64,000 nt of DNA from Eledone cirrhosa (taxonomy: Eukaryota): positions 21,204,001 to 21,268,000 of the forward strand of contig OZ024765.1 of the NCBI GenBank assembly GCA_964016885.1, written 5' to 3'. This document shows, piece after piece, positions 42,245 to 53,817 of the stretch; positions within the stretch are counted from its first letter, which is position 1, and the number at the start of each line of letters is the position of its first letter. The position numbers and the translations under genes were made by a program. The notes below the pieces were generated by a model. The model saw only the letters and a list, made by a program, of their open reading frames with translations, was not told where the DNA came from and made no database searches.

Positions 42245-42370
42245 TCGCATGGTTGGGTCGTCAGCGACTAAATTGGCAACCCCACCAAGTTTACTTGGTG
42301 AGGAGGGTGATTTTGAACACCCTGCAGGACAAAAACCAAAACCTGACAAAGGGCAGAAGAACTCATAATA
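42245..42370. repeat. Dispersed repeat with an inverted homologue at ~51430-51548; possibly a LINE 5'UTR/SINE
   Basis: GCGACTAAATTGGCAACCCCACCAAG...GGTGAGGAGGGTGATTTTGAACACCCTGCAGGAC matches the reverse complement near 51470-51535. Confidence 0.6.
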
Positions 42371-42759
42371 GTCAACGGCCATCTGAAAAAGAAAAAAATC
42401 CTGCGAAATCAATGAATGGCAGTAGTTCCAGCTACACCAAAGACTGGTGTAGTGGTTCTGAGAACAATGTGGCTTTGGAGATGATCAATGGAAATTGACA
42501 ATGGAGAGGTGCTCTTGCTCGAGTTAGAAGAGAACTATTGACCTTCAGGAGAAGCAGCGACCCCTGATTGTATTCAGAGACCCCTGATTGTATTCAGCAA
42601 CCGAAACAAATATGAAGTACACCAAATCCAATGCTCCTAGGGGCGGCCCTGGTTCTACTTGTTTGCGAGTGTAAACTCAGCCAGATTAGACTAGATTTAA
42701 CTCAATCAGAGACAACACTGTTTTAACAGCTGTTCCAGCGATGAGTTATCACATTTTTA

Positions 42760-43178
42760 AGCCCATATTACTTTATGGATCCGAAACTTGGACACTAACA
42801 TCACAACTTGAGAGGAGATTGGATGGCACATATACCCGCCTCTTAATGAGAGTGCAAAACCTATCCTGGAAGCGACATCCCACCTTGTCTAAAATCTATG
42901 GCAAACTCCCTCGAGCCTCTGCCCTTCTAAAATCCTGGAGAGCTCAATTTTCTGGCCACTGTCACCGTGCCAGCAATGAAATCATATCCGCTCTCTTGCT
43001 CTGGAACCCTGACTCCAGCCTGACTAGGAGTAGGAAGCTGTCATTCCCTGACGTTATCTCTAGGGATACGGGAATCAGTAGACAGGACCTGGGGGCAGCG
43101 ATGAGGGACAGGGGATTCTGGGGCATGAGAGTGAGATCCATCATCTCGACAGTAGTCGACGAATGATGATGATGATGA
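42760..43178 (+). mobile_element. 3' fragment of an RTE-like LINE with (TGA)n tail
   Basis: PILLYGSETWTLT...RLDGTYTRLL...FSGHCHR...DRGFW. Confidence 0.85.
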
Positions 43179-43490
43179 TATGTATTCAAATAGGCTCTCG
43201 CTTCAACTCGATCAGATACAACATTGTTTAAGAAATTTACAGAATTCCTGAAACATTATTTAGTTTTGTCGATTTTAAAACATGAGCAAGAACTGACCCG
43301 GCTGTGAGTGTGTAAATATATATATTTTATAGTTTAAATATTATTACAGCTGATAAGGTGTGAGAGTTGAGGGCAAGGAGAGTTTGTGCCAAGGGTAACA
43401 CAACAAACCTGTTTTTATTACATCATATGTCGCTGAACTTATGTACTGGACGTTTTTACAGGTAAACATAAAAATACGCCAAACACACAC

Positions 43491-43566
<76 letters not shown>

Positions 43567-43600
43567 TCATCATCTCATTTTACGTCTGCTTGAAATGATG

Positions 43601-43645
<45 letters not shown>

Positions 43646-43662
43646 CATATATACATATATAT

Positions 43663-43715
<53 letters not shown>

Positions 43716-43762
43716 TACATATATATATACATACATATATATATATATACATACATATATAT

Positions 43763-43793
<31 letters not shown>

Positions 43794-43814
43794 CATATAT
43801 ACATATATATATAC

Positions 43815-43877
<63 letters not shown>

Positions 43878-43880
43878 TAC

Positions 43881-43938
<58 letters not shown>

Positions 43939-44164
43939 ACTCATGCTAACGTGGATGAACGGATGTAAAACGGTGATGATGATGATGATGATATATATAC
44001 ATGTTATATATATGTCAAACTATTTCTAGCAGGGAAAGCGGATGTTAAAATGATAATGATGATATATATATATATGTATATAATTTTGTGTCTGTATATA
44101 TGTGTGTGTATATACTTGTGTGTGTATGAGTGGGTGTGTATGAGTGAGTGTGTGTATATATATA

Positions 44165-44313
44165 TATATATATATGCAAGTGTATGTGTGTATATATATA
44201 TATATGCAAGTGTATGTGTGTATATATATATATATATATATGCAAGTGTATGTGTATATATATATATATATATGCAAGTGTATGTGTGTATATATATATA
44301 TATATATGCAAGT

Positions 44314-44345
<32 letters not shown>

Positions 44346-44544
44346 GGAAGTGTATGTGTGTATATATATATATGCAAGTGTATGTGTGTATATATATATA
44401 TATATATGCAAGTGTATGTGTATATATATATATATATATGCAAGTGTATGTGTGTATATATATATATATATATGCAAGTGTATGTGTGTATATATATATA
44501 TATATATATGGAAGTGTATGTGTGTATATATATATATGCAAGTG

Positions 44545-44577
<33 letters not shown>

Positions 44578-44627
44578 GCAAGTGTATGTGTGTATGTGTG
44601 TGTATATATATATATATATATGCAAGT

Positions 44628-44663
<36 letters not shown>

Positions 44664-44670
44664 GCAAGCA
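44165..44670. repeat. Minisatellite GCAAGTGTATGTGTG(TA)n
   Basis: About 15 copies ending at an RTE 3' tip. Confidence 0.85.
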
Positions 44671-44844
44671 GGGAAAAGCGGACGTAAAATGATGATGATG
44701 ATGATATATATATAAATGTGTGTATGTGTGTGTGGGGAGGTATGTGTGTATATATATATGTATATAAATGTGTGTGTATATATATATATATATATATCTT
44801 CATCCTGTTATTTATATGTGTGTGTATATATACATATATATATA

Positions 44845-45195
44845 TATATATAATATATAAGATCAAAAGATGGTTAAAGGAGTTCCATGTATTTTATTAT
44901 GCGCATTTCAAAAACAAATATCATCATGCAATAATATTTGTGTTTTCATCAGATAAAATAGGAAGACATGATATGAAGGTTAAAAAACACTTGTGAATAG
45001 TGCAGTTTTAAATCAACATATCACTATGCACAAGTGCACTCACTATTCACAAGTGTTTTTTAACCTTCATATCATGTCTTCCTATTTTATCTGATGAAAA
45101 CACAAATGTTATTGCATGATGATATTTGTTTTTGAAATGCGCATAATAAAATACATGGAACTCTTTTAACCATCTTTTGTTCTTATATATTATAT
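44845..45195. mobile_element. Palindromic element with HHRs at 44890-44960 (-) and 45083-45153 (+)
   Basis: TATTTTAT CTGATGA AAACACAAAT..ATTTGTTTTT GAAA TGCGCA TA ATAAAATA; apex near 45020. Confidence 0.8.
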
Positions 45196-45560
45196 ATACT
45201 CCAGTCCTACAAACTGTAGAGTGCTTCTTATCCGATATCTGCATTGCTTTATTGTACTACAATAAAACTCACCTCCTACATTATATATATATATATATAT
45301 GTGTGTGTATACATATATATATATATGAAAATATGTGTGTGTATATATATATAGAAATGGTGTGTATATATATATATTTCTATCTCTGTTCAGGTCGTTA
45401 TGAGTATGTGTATATATATATATATACACATACTCATAATGACTTGAACAGATAATAGACTAAATAAATGTAGTAACCCCACTATCCGGGAGCTTCCAAC
45501 AGAAATGGTTGCATTCTTTAAGGGTATGTCAATATTTATTTATAAAACTGATCTATATTA

Positions 45561-45626
45561 TATTTTATCTGATGAAAGCGCACCATAATTTGACTTGGTT
45601 GCCCTTGAAATATATGTAATAAAATA
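45561..45626 (+). ncRNA. Type I hammerhead, homologue of 27214-27278
   Basis: TATTTTAT CTGATGA AAG...CTT GAAA TATATG TA ATAAAATA. Confidence 0.6.
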
Positions 45627-45730
45627 AATATGGTTTTATAAATATAGTTTCCATTTATTAATATATTGTGTATATATACACATATATATATATCAAGTAA
45701 GTATTATTTGAAACAGTGAGCGAGTTTGAA

Positions 45731-45942
45731 ATTAGAAAATATATAGCTTTCACCGTATTTTTAACTAAAGGAATTTTAGCTTGATAACGGGGTTTAGAAC
45801 CCTCAGATAAATGGAAAAAGATGAGTATTTACGTACATACGTCAATACTCATCTTTTTCCATTTATCTGAGGGTTCTAAACCCCGTTATCAAGCTAAAAT
45901 TCCTTTAGTTAAAAATACGGTGAAAGCTATATATTTTCTAAT
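45731..45942. repeat. ~100-bp-arm perfect palindrome
   Basis: ATTAGAAAATATATAGCTTTCACCG... inverted around ~45836. Confidence 0.9.
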
Positions 45943-46030
45943 ATATATATATATATAAAGGTGTATATATATATTTCTCTATCTCTGTACAGGTTGTTAT
46001 GTATATATATATATATTTATATGTGTGCGT

Positions 46031-48261
46031 ATGACGAAAAAGAAGATGATTTAGAGACATATGACATAGATAATAACTGGAATTTCTTACATGACAACTT
46101 ACTGCAGGCTACTGATGAAACTTGTGGCTGGAGCAGAGCTCCAACCAGACAGAGAGTGACCTGGTGGTGGAACAGCACAGTAGATAAGGCTATTAGAGAC
46201 AAAAGACTAGCATGGAAGGCTTGGAAAAAGGGTGGGAGTAGAGAAGGATATACAGCCGCTAAGAGAGAAGCTAGACGTCAGGTGTACTTAGCACACAGGG
46301 AGGCTGAGAGTAGGAGGTTTGCCAATGTTCTGTGACAGGAAGATCAGAGACGTGCGGTGTTCCACATTGCAAGGCAGTGTGTCAATGCAAATGGATGTTG
46401 TTGGAGATAAATGTGTCTGGAATGATGCTGGTGTACTTAGTGTCACGAATGATCAGAAAAAGGAGGCCTGGAAATGTCATTATGAAAGACTGATGAATGT
46501 GGAGAACGAATGGGAGAGAGAGAAATTACCCTTAGTAGCTCCGACAGAGGGACCAGCTATTGAGATTGACGAATATAGGGTCCAAGAGGCGATTAAGGAA
46601 ATGAAAAATGGTAAGGCTGCAGGACCATCGGGGATAGTTGCTGAGATGCTGAAGGCATCAGGGGACGTAGGCACTAAACTGGTTGCACGCATCATCAATC
46701 AGGTTATATATGGTGGTGTCATACCCAAAGACTGGTGCAGCAGTATTCTCATAAATTGCTACAAAGGTAAAGGGGATGCTCTGGAGAGGAGCAAGTATAG
46801 AGGTATAAAACTGATGGATCAAGTTATGAAAGTGGCAGAAAGGATATTAGCACAACTAATTAGAGAAAGGGTCAAACTAGATGAGATGCAGTTAGGTTTT
46901 GTGCCTGGAAAGAATACAACAGATGCCATCTTTTTGGTGAGACAATTACAAGAGAGGTTCTTAGAGGAAAATAAGCCACTATACTTAGCCTTTGTTGACC
47001 TAGAGAAGGCATTTGATAGGGTAGCCCGATCTGTCATCTGGTGTTCCCTAAGGAAACTAGGTGTTGAGGAATGGCTTGTGAGGACAGTGCAAACTTTGTA
47101 CAGAGGTACTGTCAGTAAAGTCAGGGTAGGAATGGAGTTTCGTGAGAAATTCCAGATACAAGTAGGAGTACATCAAGGTTCGGTCCTCGGCCCGCTCTTG
47201 TTCATTATAGTCCTCCAAGCCATATCAGAGGAGTTTAAGACTGGCGGTCCATGGGAACTTCTCTATGCTGATGATCTGGTTCTTATAGCAGAATCAGTAG
47301 AGGAGCTAGAGAATAAATTCTGGCTATGGAAACAGCCGTTGGAAGCAAGAGGACTGAGAGTGAATCTAGCTAAGACAAAAGTGTTGATGAGTAGAAAAGA
47401 GGACAAAACTCTGATTCCGTCAGGGAAATGGCCATGTTCGATATGCAGGAAAGGAACTGGCATAAATTCTATAAAATGCACACAATGCAGATCCTGGGTA
47501 CACAAGAGATGTAGCGGGATAGCAGGCAAACTAACAGGTAGGGAGAAATATGTATGCAGTAGATGTACAGGGAAATTAGACAGTAGAAGTCGCATTGATA
47601 GACACATTTTTCAAATGCAGGCGGGTGCTGTAGAAGTGGTGGATAGCTTCCGGTACCAAGGAGATCAGATTAGCATGGGAGGGGGGTGTCCAGAGGCCAT
47701 AGTATCTAGAATAAGGATGGGTTGGAAGAAGTTTAGGGAGCTGCTTCCTCTGCTGATGAAGAAGGGTTTCTCCCTGCGTATGAAAGGCCGGTTATATGAT
47801 GCCTGTGTGAGGAGCGCAATGCTGCATGGTAGTGAGACATGGGCAGCAACTGCAGAGGATATGCGACGGCTGGAGAGAAATGAGGCAAGCATGCTCCGTT
47901 GGATGTGCAATGTCAATGTGCGTGAACGACCCAGCATGAATGTGTTGAGAGAGAAACTGTGTCTGAGTGGGATAGAATGTAGTGTACGGGAGAGGAGACT
48001 GCGGTGGTATGGACATGTGATGCGCATGGAGGATGACCGATGGGTGAAGAAGTGCCAGGAAATGCCAGTTGAAGGAAGACGTGGTAGAGGTAGACCACGA
48101 AAAATATGGGCGGAGGTGGTGAGAACAGACCTCAGATCATTGAAGCTCACGGTGGAGATGACGAAGGACCGTGACGAGTGGAGAGATGCTGTGCTGAATA
48201 AGACCCGTCCCACCCTTGCAAGCAGGGAAGAGCGGACGTAAAATGATGATGATGATGATGA
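46031..48261 (+). mobile_element. 5'-truncated RTE-clade LINE (second subfamily)
   Basis: RT ORF to 48241 with [21 protein letters not shown] and a Cys/His finger; stop/frameshift near 46330-46390; (GAT)n tail. Confidence 0.95.
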
Positions 48262-48300
48262 TATATAAATGTATATATATATATTTCTATCTGTGTACAG

Positions 48301-48572
48301 GCCGTTATGTGTGTGACCAGTCAAGGAAGATGATAATATTCCTGTATAGCATCAGAGGTTCAAATCACAGCCGAGACAGCAATAATGAGGACTTCCCAGA
48401 TACAACATATACTTCTAATGTTTATGATATCTATATAGAAGAGATGAGAGGGCGCTGCAGTAAACAAACAGGGGAAGTAACTGGTACAGGGTCAACTGAT
48501 GACCCCTATACATTGTGTATTTTGGTGAAACCCACATCAGGGGGCTTGTCTAATGACACCTGTCTTCTTCAG
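48301..48572 (+). CDS. Exon of a probable ZP-domain secreted protein (GRYVCDQSRKM...DTCLLQ)
   Basis: TACAG acceptor, CAG|GTAAGA donor, 272 nt open, phase 1 to phase 0, Cys-containing non-repetitive sequence. Confidence 0.75.
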
Positions 48573-48616
48573 GTAAGACAGTTGATACATCACATCCTTT
48601 TCCTTTACTCTTTCGC

Positions 48617-49055
48617 TAACCCGAACCTTAACTCCTAAGTCTAATCCTAACTAACCCTTAACCATGACCCTAATCTTAACTCTAACCCTAAATCTAACCA
48701 TAACCCCTAACCATGACTCTAACTCTAACCCTAACTGTAACCTTATCCCTAACCCTAAAACTCCAACCTTAACCCTAACCCTTAACCTTAACCCTAGCCA
48801 TAATCCATAAATCTAACCCTTAAGTTTAAACACTAAACTTAACCCAAACCCCTAACCCTAACCCTAATCCTTAACCCTAACCTAAACTCTAACAGTAAAC
48901 CCTAACCATAACCCTAACCCTAACCCCAACTCTAACCATAACCCTAACGATAACCCTTAACCTTAACCCTAGCCTTAACCCTAGCCTTAACCCTAACCTA
49001 AACTCTAACACTAAACCCTAACCATAACCCTTAACTCTAACCTTAAACCAAACCC
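48617..49055. repeat. Degenerate (TAACCC)n telomere-like tract, intronic
   Basis: CCCTAA / CTCTAA / CCTTAA variants. Confidence 0.85.
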
Positions 49056-49187
49056 AATAATCTCACTTTGATTCAAAGAAGAAAAAAAGAAAAATAGATC
49101 CTTAAATATATTTTCAGTGCTATTTCCAATTCCACTCTTTCTCTATAACCCCTGTTTTGTATAGAACCTTACTCCCTTTTCAAAAAA

Positions 49188-49400
49188 GTTGTGTGTTGTG
49201 TTCTTGAGCAAAACACTTCATTTCATGTTGCTCCGGTATACTCAGCTGAAAAAGAGTATCAGCAATAACTGGGGTTTAACCCTGCGATGGACTGGTGTCC
49301 TGTCCCGGGGCGGGAGGAGTCTTGTACTCTCAGTCACTTCACGCCATGAAATTGAGATAAGTCCCGGCTGAGACAGATAAGCCTGGCTTAAGACAGACAT
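49188..49400 (+). mobile_element. SINE fragment with CORE-like and V/Meta-like blocks
   Basis: TTGTGTTCTTGAGCAAAACACTT and CCCTGCGATGGACTGGTGTCCTGTCC. Confidence 0.6.
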
Positions 49401-49404
49401 AAAC

Positions 49405-49457
<53 letters not shown>

Positions 49458-49461
<4 letters not shown>

Positions 49462-49557
49462 TGTAATAAACAACATAAGACAATTATTCCATTTACCAAA
49501 GGTTTCACGAAGACAGACGCTAAATGGAATAATTGTCTTATGTTGTTTATTACATAA
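49458..49557. repeat. ~38-bp-arm hairpin
   Basis: TTATGTAATAAACAACATAAGACAATTATTCCATTTA ... TAAATGGAATAATTGTCTTATGTTGTTTATTACATAA. Confidence 0.85.
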
Positions 49558-49631
49558 TTAAATAGCTCTGTAGCTTTCATAGAGCACTCTCCTTTCCTTT
49601 ACCCTTCCTACAGAAATAATTCATATATAGA

Positions 49632-49663
<32 letters not shown>

Positions 49664-49666
<3 letters not shown>

Positions 49667-50182
49667 TTAGGGCATCAACATACGTTAACCTTGGTCTTCC
49701 TCTTCTAGTGTGTCCATGTAGGGGCTCCCAAAGGAGCACTGAGTGCATTGTCAACTCTGGATGTCGGTGAGCATGTCCATGTTGGAGACGCAGGACATGG
49801 CAGCGATAATGAGGGACAGAGACCGCTGGAGAGAACACGTCCATGGATCTCGGGAATTTTACCCGCCTTAGATAGATATATATATATATATATATATACA
49901 CATCCCAAAAGTCAGCTCAAAAGTGACACAGAGGAGACTGAGGTTAGCTGGACATGCTCACCGACATCCAGAGTTGACACTGCACTCAGTGCTCCTGTGG
50001 GAGCCCCTACATGGACACACTAGAAGAGGAAGACCGAGGTTAACGTATGTTGATGCCCTAAGGACAGACACTGGTCTGTTGGAGACGCAGGACATGGCAG
50101 CGATAATGAGGGACAGAGACCGCTGGAGAGAACACGTCCATGGATCTCGGGAATTTTACCCGCCTTAGATAGATAGATAGAT
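49664..50182 (+). mobile_element. Two 3' fragments of one LINE with (TAGA)n tails; the first has a 5' inversion
   Basis: RLRLAGHAHRHPE...RRGRPRLTYVD...DRDRWRE; 49664-49779 is inverted and joined to 49780-49878. Confidence 0.8.
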
Positions 50183-50515
50183 ATATACAAATTTACACAC
50201 AGTTGAACCTCAGCCTTCAGGATCAAATTAAGTTCTTGAGCCACGGTTTAATGGTATATTTATACCTGCTGTCAGATTTATTTCACTATGTTTCGGAGTA
50301 ATAGAATGCACTGTGTATATCTACTGACTGGAAATTCTCACACATAGAATTGGAGATGAGATCACATAGGAAGCACATCTGATGATCTTTCTATTACAGA
50401 GTCAGGTTCGGTCAATAATAGGTCATACCTCGAACTGATCGACAGTGAAACATATGTAATATGTTATTAAATATGGTATAATGCAACACTAAATCCTTGC
50501 TTCTTTATCCTTATA

Positions 50516-50551
<36 letters not shown>

Positions 50552-50647
50552 AACCAAACGTTAAACAGGTTCATTGATTAATCAATGAATATAGTTTTAC
50601 AATAGATTAGAAGCACTCAACAGTGAAGTTTTCTGGAGTTATTAATA

Positions 50648-50975
50648 TTAGTTCAAAATATTAATAAATATAGACATTCATGTGATCAAATATATTTTAT
50701 TATATATATTTCAGAGGTACTGTGCTGTTTCCTCAGTACGTCCTCATCAGATAAAATAAATTGATGTCTGACAAACCTGAACTGTGCTGATGGTTCAATT
50801 CCAGTCTTGGCAGTGATTGGAATTGAACCACCAGCACAGTTGAGGTATGTCAGACATCAATTTATTTTATCTGATGAGGACGTACTGAGGAGACAGCACA
50901 GTACCTCTGAAATATATATAATAAAATATATTTGATCACATGAATGTCTATATTTATTAATATTTTGAATTAATA
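50648..50975. mobile_element. Palindromic element with HHRs at 50693-50758 (-) and 50863-50928 (+)
   Basis: TATTTTAT CTGATGA G GA.GTACTG..CAGTAC.TC T GAAA TATATA TA ATAAAATA; apex near 50810. Confidence 0.8.
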
Positions 50976-51664
50976 TATATATATATATATATGGTGGCTG
51001 CCAACTCGTTTTCGAGTACGGCCACTACTTTATATCCATGTAGGAGAACTCCTACCAATGCGCTGAACGTGTGTGACTTTTTAGTCCAGTCAGCGACTTG
51101 AAAACTCTGGTACAAACACTACACCTGTGACAATTATTGACACATAGTGCTGGGCCCATGGTACCATGTGACGACAAGTACAGAGAGATCTCCAGATATA
51201 AAGCAATGCCTGTGCCGTGAAGCTTTTATAGTGAGCAAAGGCACTGCACAAAGCCAGTCCCACTCTCTTAACCAAGATGATATTTACCAAAAAGAAGAAC
51301 AAGTCAACATCATTGGATACCGTCAGGGTTGCAGGTGTTATATCAGAGTTTTCCTTCTCCTAGAATTCTGCCTTGACAAAGGCTAAGGGGTCATCTCTCC
51401 CGGTGATTTTGGATGGCCATTGACTCTTAAGAGCTCCTTTGCCCTTTGACAGGTTTTGTTTTTAGTCCTGCAGGATGTTCAAAGTCACCCTCCTCACCAA
51501 GAAACCTTGGTGGGGTTGCCAGTTTAGTCGCCAACGACCTGACCATGAGACATATATATATATATATATATATAATGTAGGAGGTGAGTTTTATTGTAGT
51601 ACAATAAAGCAATGCAGATATCGGATAAGAAGCACTCTACAGTTTGTAGGACTGGAGTATACAT

Positions 51665-52000
51665 AATATATAAGATCAAAAGATGGTTAAAGGAGTTCCA
51701 TGTATTTTATTATGTGCATTTCAAAAACAAACATCATCATGCAATAATATTTATGTTTTCATCAGATAAAACAGGAGAACATGATATGAAGGCAAAAAAA
51801 AACACTTGTGGATAGTGCAGTTGTTGATTTAAAACTGCACTATCCACAAGTGTTTTTTTTTGTTTTTTTTGCCTTCATATCATGTTCTCCTGTTTTATCT
51901 GATGAAAACACAAATATTATTGCATGATGATGTTTGTTTTTGAAATGCGCATAATAAAATACATGGAACTCCTTTAACCATCTTTTGATCTTATATATTA
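51665..52000. mobile_element. Palindromic element (same family as 44845-45195) with HHRs at 51703-51773 (-) and 51891-51961 (+)
   Basis: TGTTTTAT CTGATGA AAACACAAAT..TTTGTTTTT GAAA TGCGCA TA ATAAAATA; apex near 51825. Confidence 0.8.
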
Positions 52001-52079
52001 TATATATATATATATATCATCATCATCATCATCATCATCACCGTTTTACGTCCGTTCTTCCACGCTAGCATGGGTTAGA

Positions 52080-53152
52080 AGGTAGCCCTAGGAAGGTAGC
52101 CCTAGGGCCACGTACACCAGAAGTTTCCCCTGCTAGAGGTAGCTAGCTCACCACCTATGGTGGTGAGTAGGGAGGTAGCCCTAGGGCCAAGTACACCAGA
52201 AGTTTCCCCTGCTAGAGGTAGCCAGCTCACCACCTATGGTGGTGAGTAGGGAGGTAGCCCTAGGGCCAAGGACACCAGAAGTCTCCACTGCTAGGGGTAG
52301 TCAGCTCAGCACCTATGATAAGTAGGGAGGTAGCCCTAGGGCCAAGGACACCAGAAGTCTCCACTGCTAGGGGTAGTCAGCTCAGCACCTATGGTGGTAA
52401 GTAGGAAGGTAGCCCTAGGGCCAAGTACACCAGAAGTTTCCCCTGCTAGAGGTAGCCAGCTCAGCACCTATGGTGGTGAGTAGGGAGGTAGCCCTAGGGC
52501 CAAGGACACCAGAAGTCTCTACTGCTAGAAGTAGCCAGCTCAGCACCTATGGTGGTAAGTAGGGAGGTAGCCCTAGGGCCAAGGACACCAGAAGTCTCCA
52601 CTGCTAAAAGTAGCCAGCTCAGCACCTATGGTGGTAAGTAGGGAGGTAGCCCTAGGGCCAAGGACACCAGAAGTCTCCACTGTTAGGGGTAGCCAGCTCA
52701 GCACCTATGGTGGTGAGTAGGGAGGTAGCCCTAGGGCCAAGGACACCAGAAGTCTCCACTGCTAAAAGTAGCCAGCTCAGCACCTATGGTGGTAAGTAGG
52801 GAGGTAGCCCTAGGGCCAAGGACACCAGAAGTCTCCACTGTTAGGGGTAGCCAGCTCAGCACCTATGGTGGTAAGTAGGGAGGTAGCCCTAGGGCCAAGG
52901 ACACCAGAAGTCTCCACTGTTAGGGGTAGCCAGCTCAGCACCTATGGTGGTGAGTAGGGAGGTAGCCCTAGGGCCAAGGACACCAGAAGTCTCCACTGCT
53001 AAAAGTAGCCAGCTCAGCACCTATGGTGGTAAGTAGGGAGGTAGCCCTAGGGCCAAGGACACCAGAAGTCTCCACTGTTAGGGGTAGCCAGCTCAGCACC
53101 TATGGTGGTAAGTAGGGAGGTAGCCCTAGGGCCAAGGACACCAGAAGTCTCC
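52080..53152. repeat. 79-bp GC-rich minisatellite, ~13 copies
   Basis: Unit GGGAGGTAGCCCTAGGGCCAAGGACACCAGAAGTCTCCACTGTTAGGGGTAGCCAGCTCAGCACCTATGGTGGTRAGTA. Confidence 0.92.
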
Positions 53153-53295
53153 AGAGCCAAGGTCGCGATAGCGAACCCGTCGGAGAGCGACACGTCTTGA
53201 ACCAACATTTGATGGTATATTGATCCCTGCTGTCACATTTAATTCACTATGTTTTGGAGTAATTCTCCCGATTTCTCTTGTTTGTCCATCTGCAG

Positions 53296-53453
53296 AGGAA
53301 GGCCGCCAGCTCCACGTACCGGGTGAAAGTGGTCATACAGCAACGACCGTTCCTAGTCCTGGCAACTGACCAGATCTTCAGCCTGTCATGTGACTTCAGC
53401 AACACCTCACAGTCGACTGCCATCTTGGGACCAGATCTCATACATATTGATGG
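53296..53453 (+). CDS. Exon of the probable ZP-domain protein (RKAASSTYRVKVVIQQRPFLVLATDQIFSLSCDFSNTSQSTAILGPDLIHIDG)
   Basis: CTGCAG acceptor, GG|GTAATG donor, phase 0 to phase 2; Y...VVIQ...D..F...C.F pattern resembles the last ZP-N strands. Confidence 0.8.
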
Positions 53454-53467
53454 GTAATGTATAGACA

Positions 53468-53790
53468 TTGTGGTAGTGGTGGTGGTGGTGTTGGGGAGTG
53501 TGGTGGTGGTGGGGAGTGTGGTGGTGGTGGTGGGGAGTGTGGTTGTGGTGGTGGTGGTGGGGAGTGTGGTGGTGGTGGGGAGTGTGGTGGTGGTGGCGGT
53601 GGTGGTAGCAGTGGCGGTGGTAGTGGTGGTAGTGGTGGTGGTGATGGTGGTGGTGGTGGTAGTGGTGGTGGTGATGGTCGGAGTGGTGGTGTTCGTGGTG
53701 GTTTTGTGGTGGTGGTGGGGAGTGTGATGATGGTGGTAGTGGTGCTAGTGGTGTTGGTGGTAGTGGTGGTGGGGGTAGTGGTGGTAGTGA
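53468..53790. repeat. (GGT)n microsatellite
   Basis: Low-complexity tract. Confidence 0.9.
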
Positions 53791-53817
53791 CCCCTAGTTT
53801 GTAATAACACCCTCCAC

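Noticed and set aside
45731-45942. Hammerhead in this palindrome
   Set aside because: CTGAGGG and a distant GAAA are present but no coherent core or stem I.
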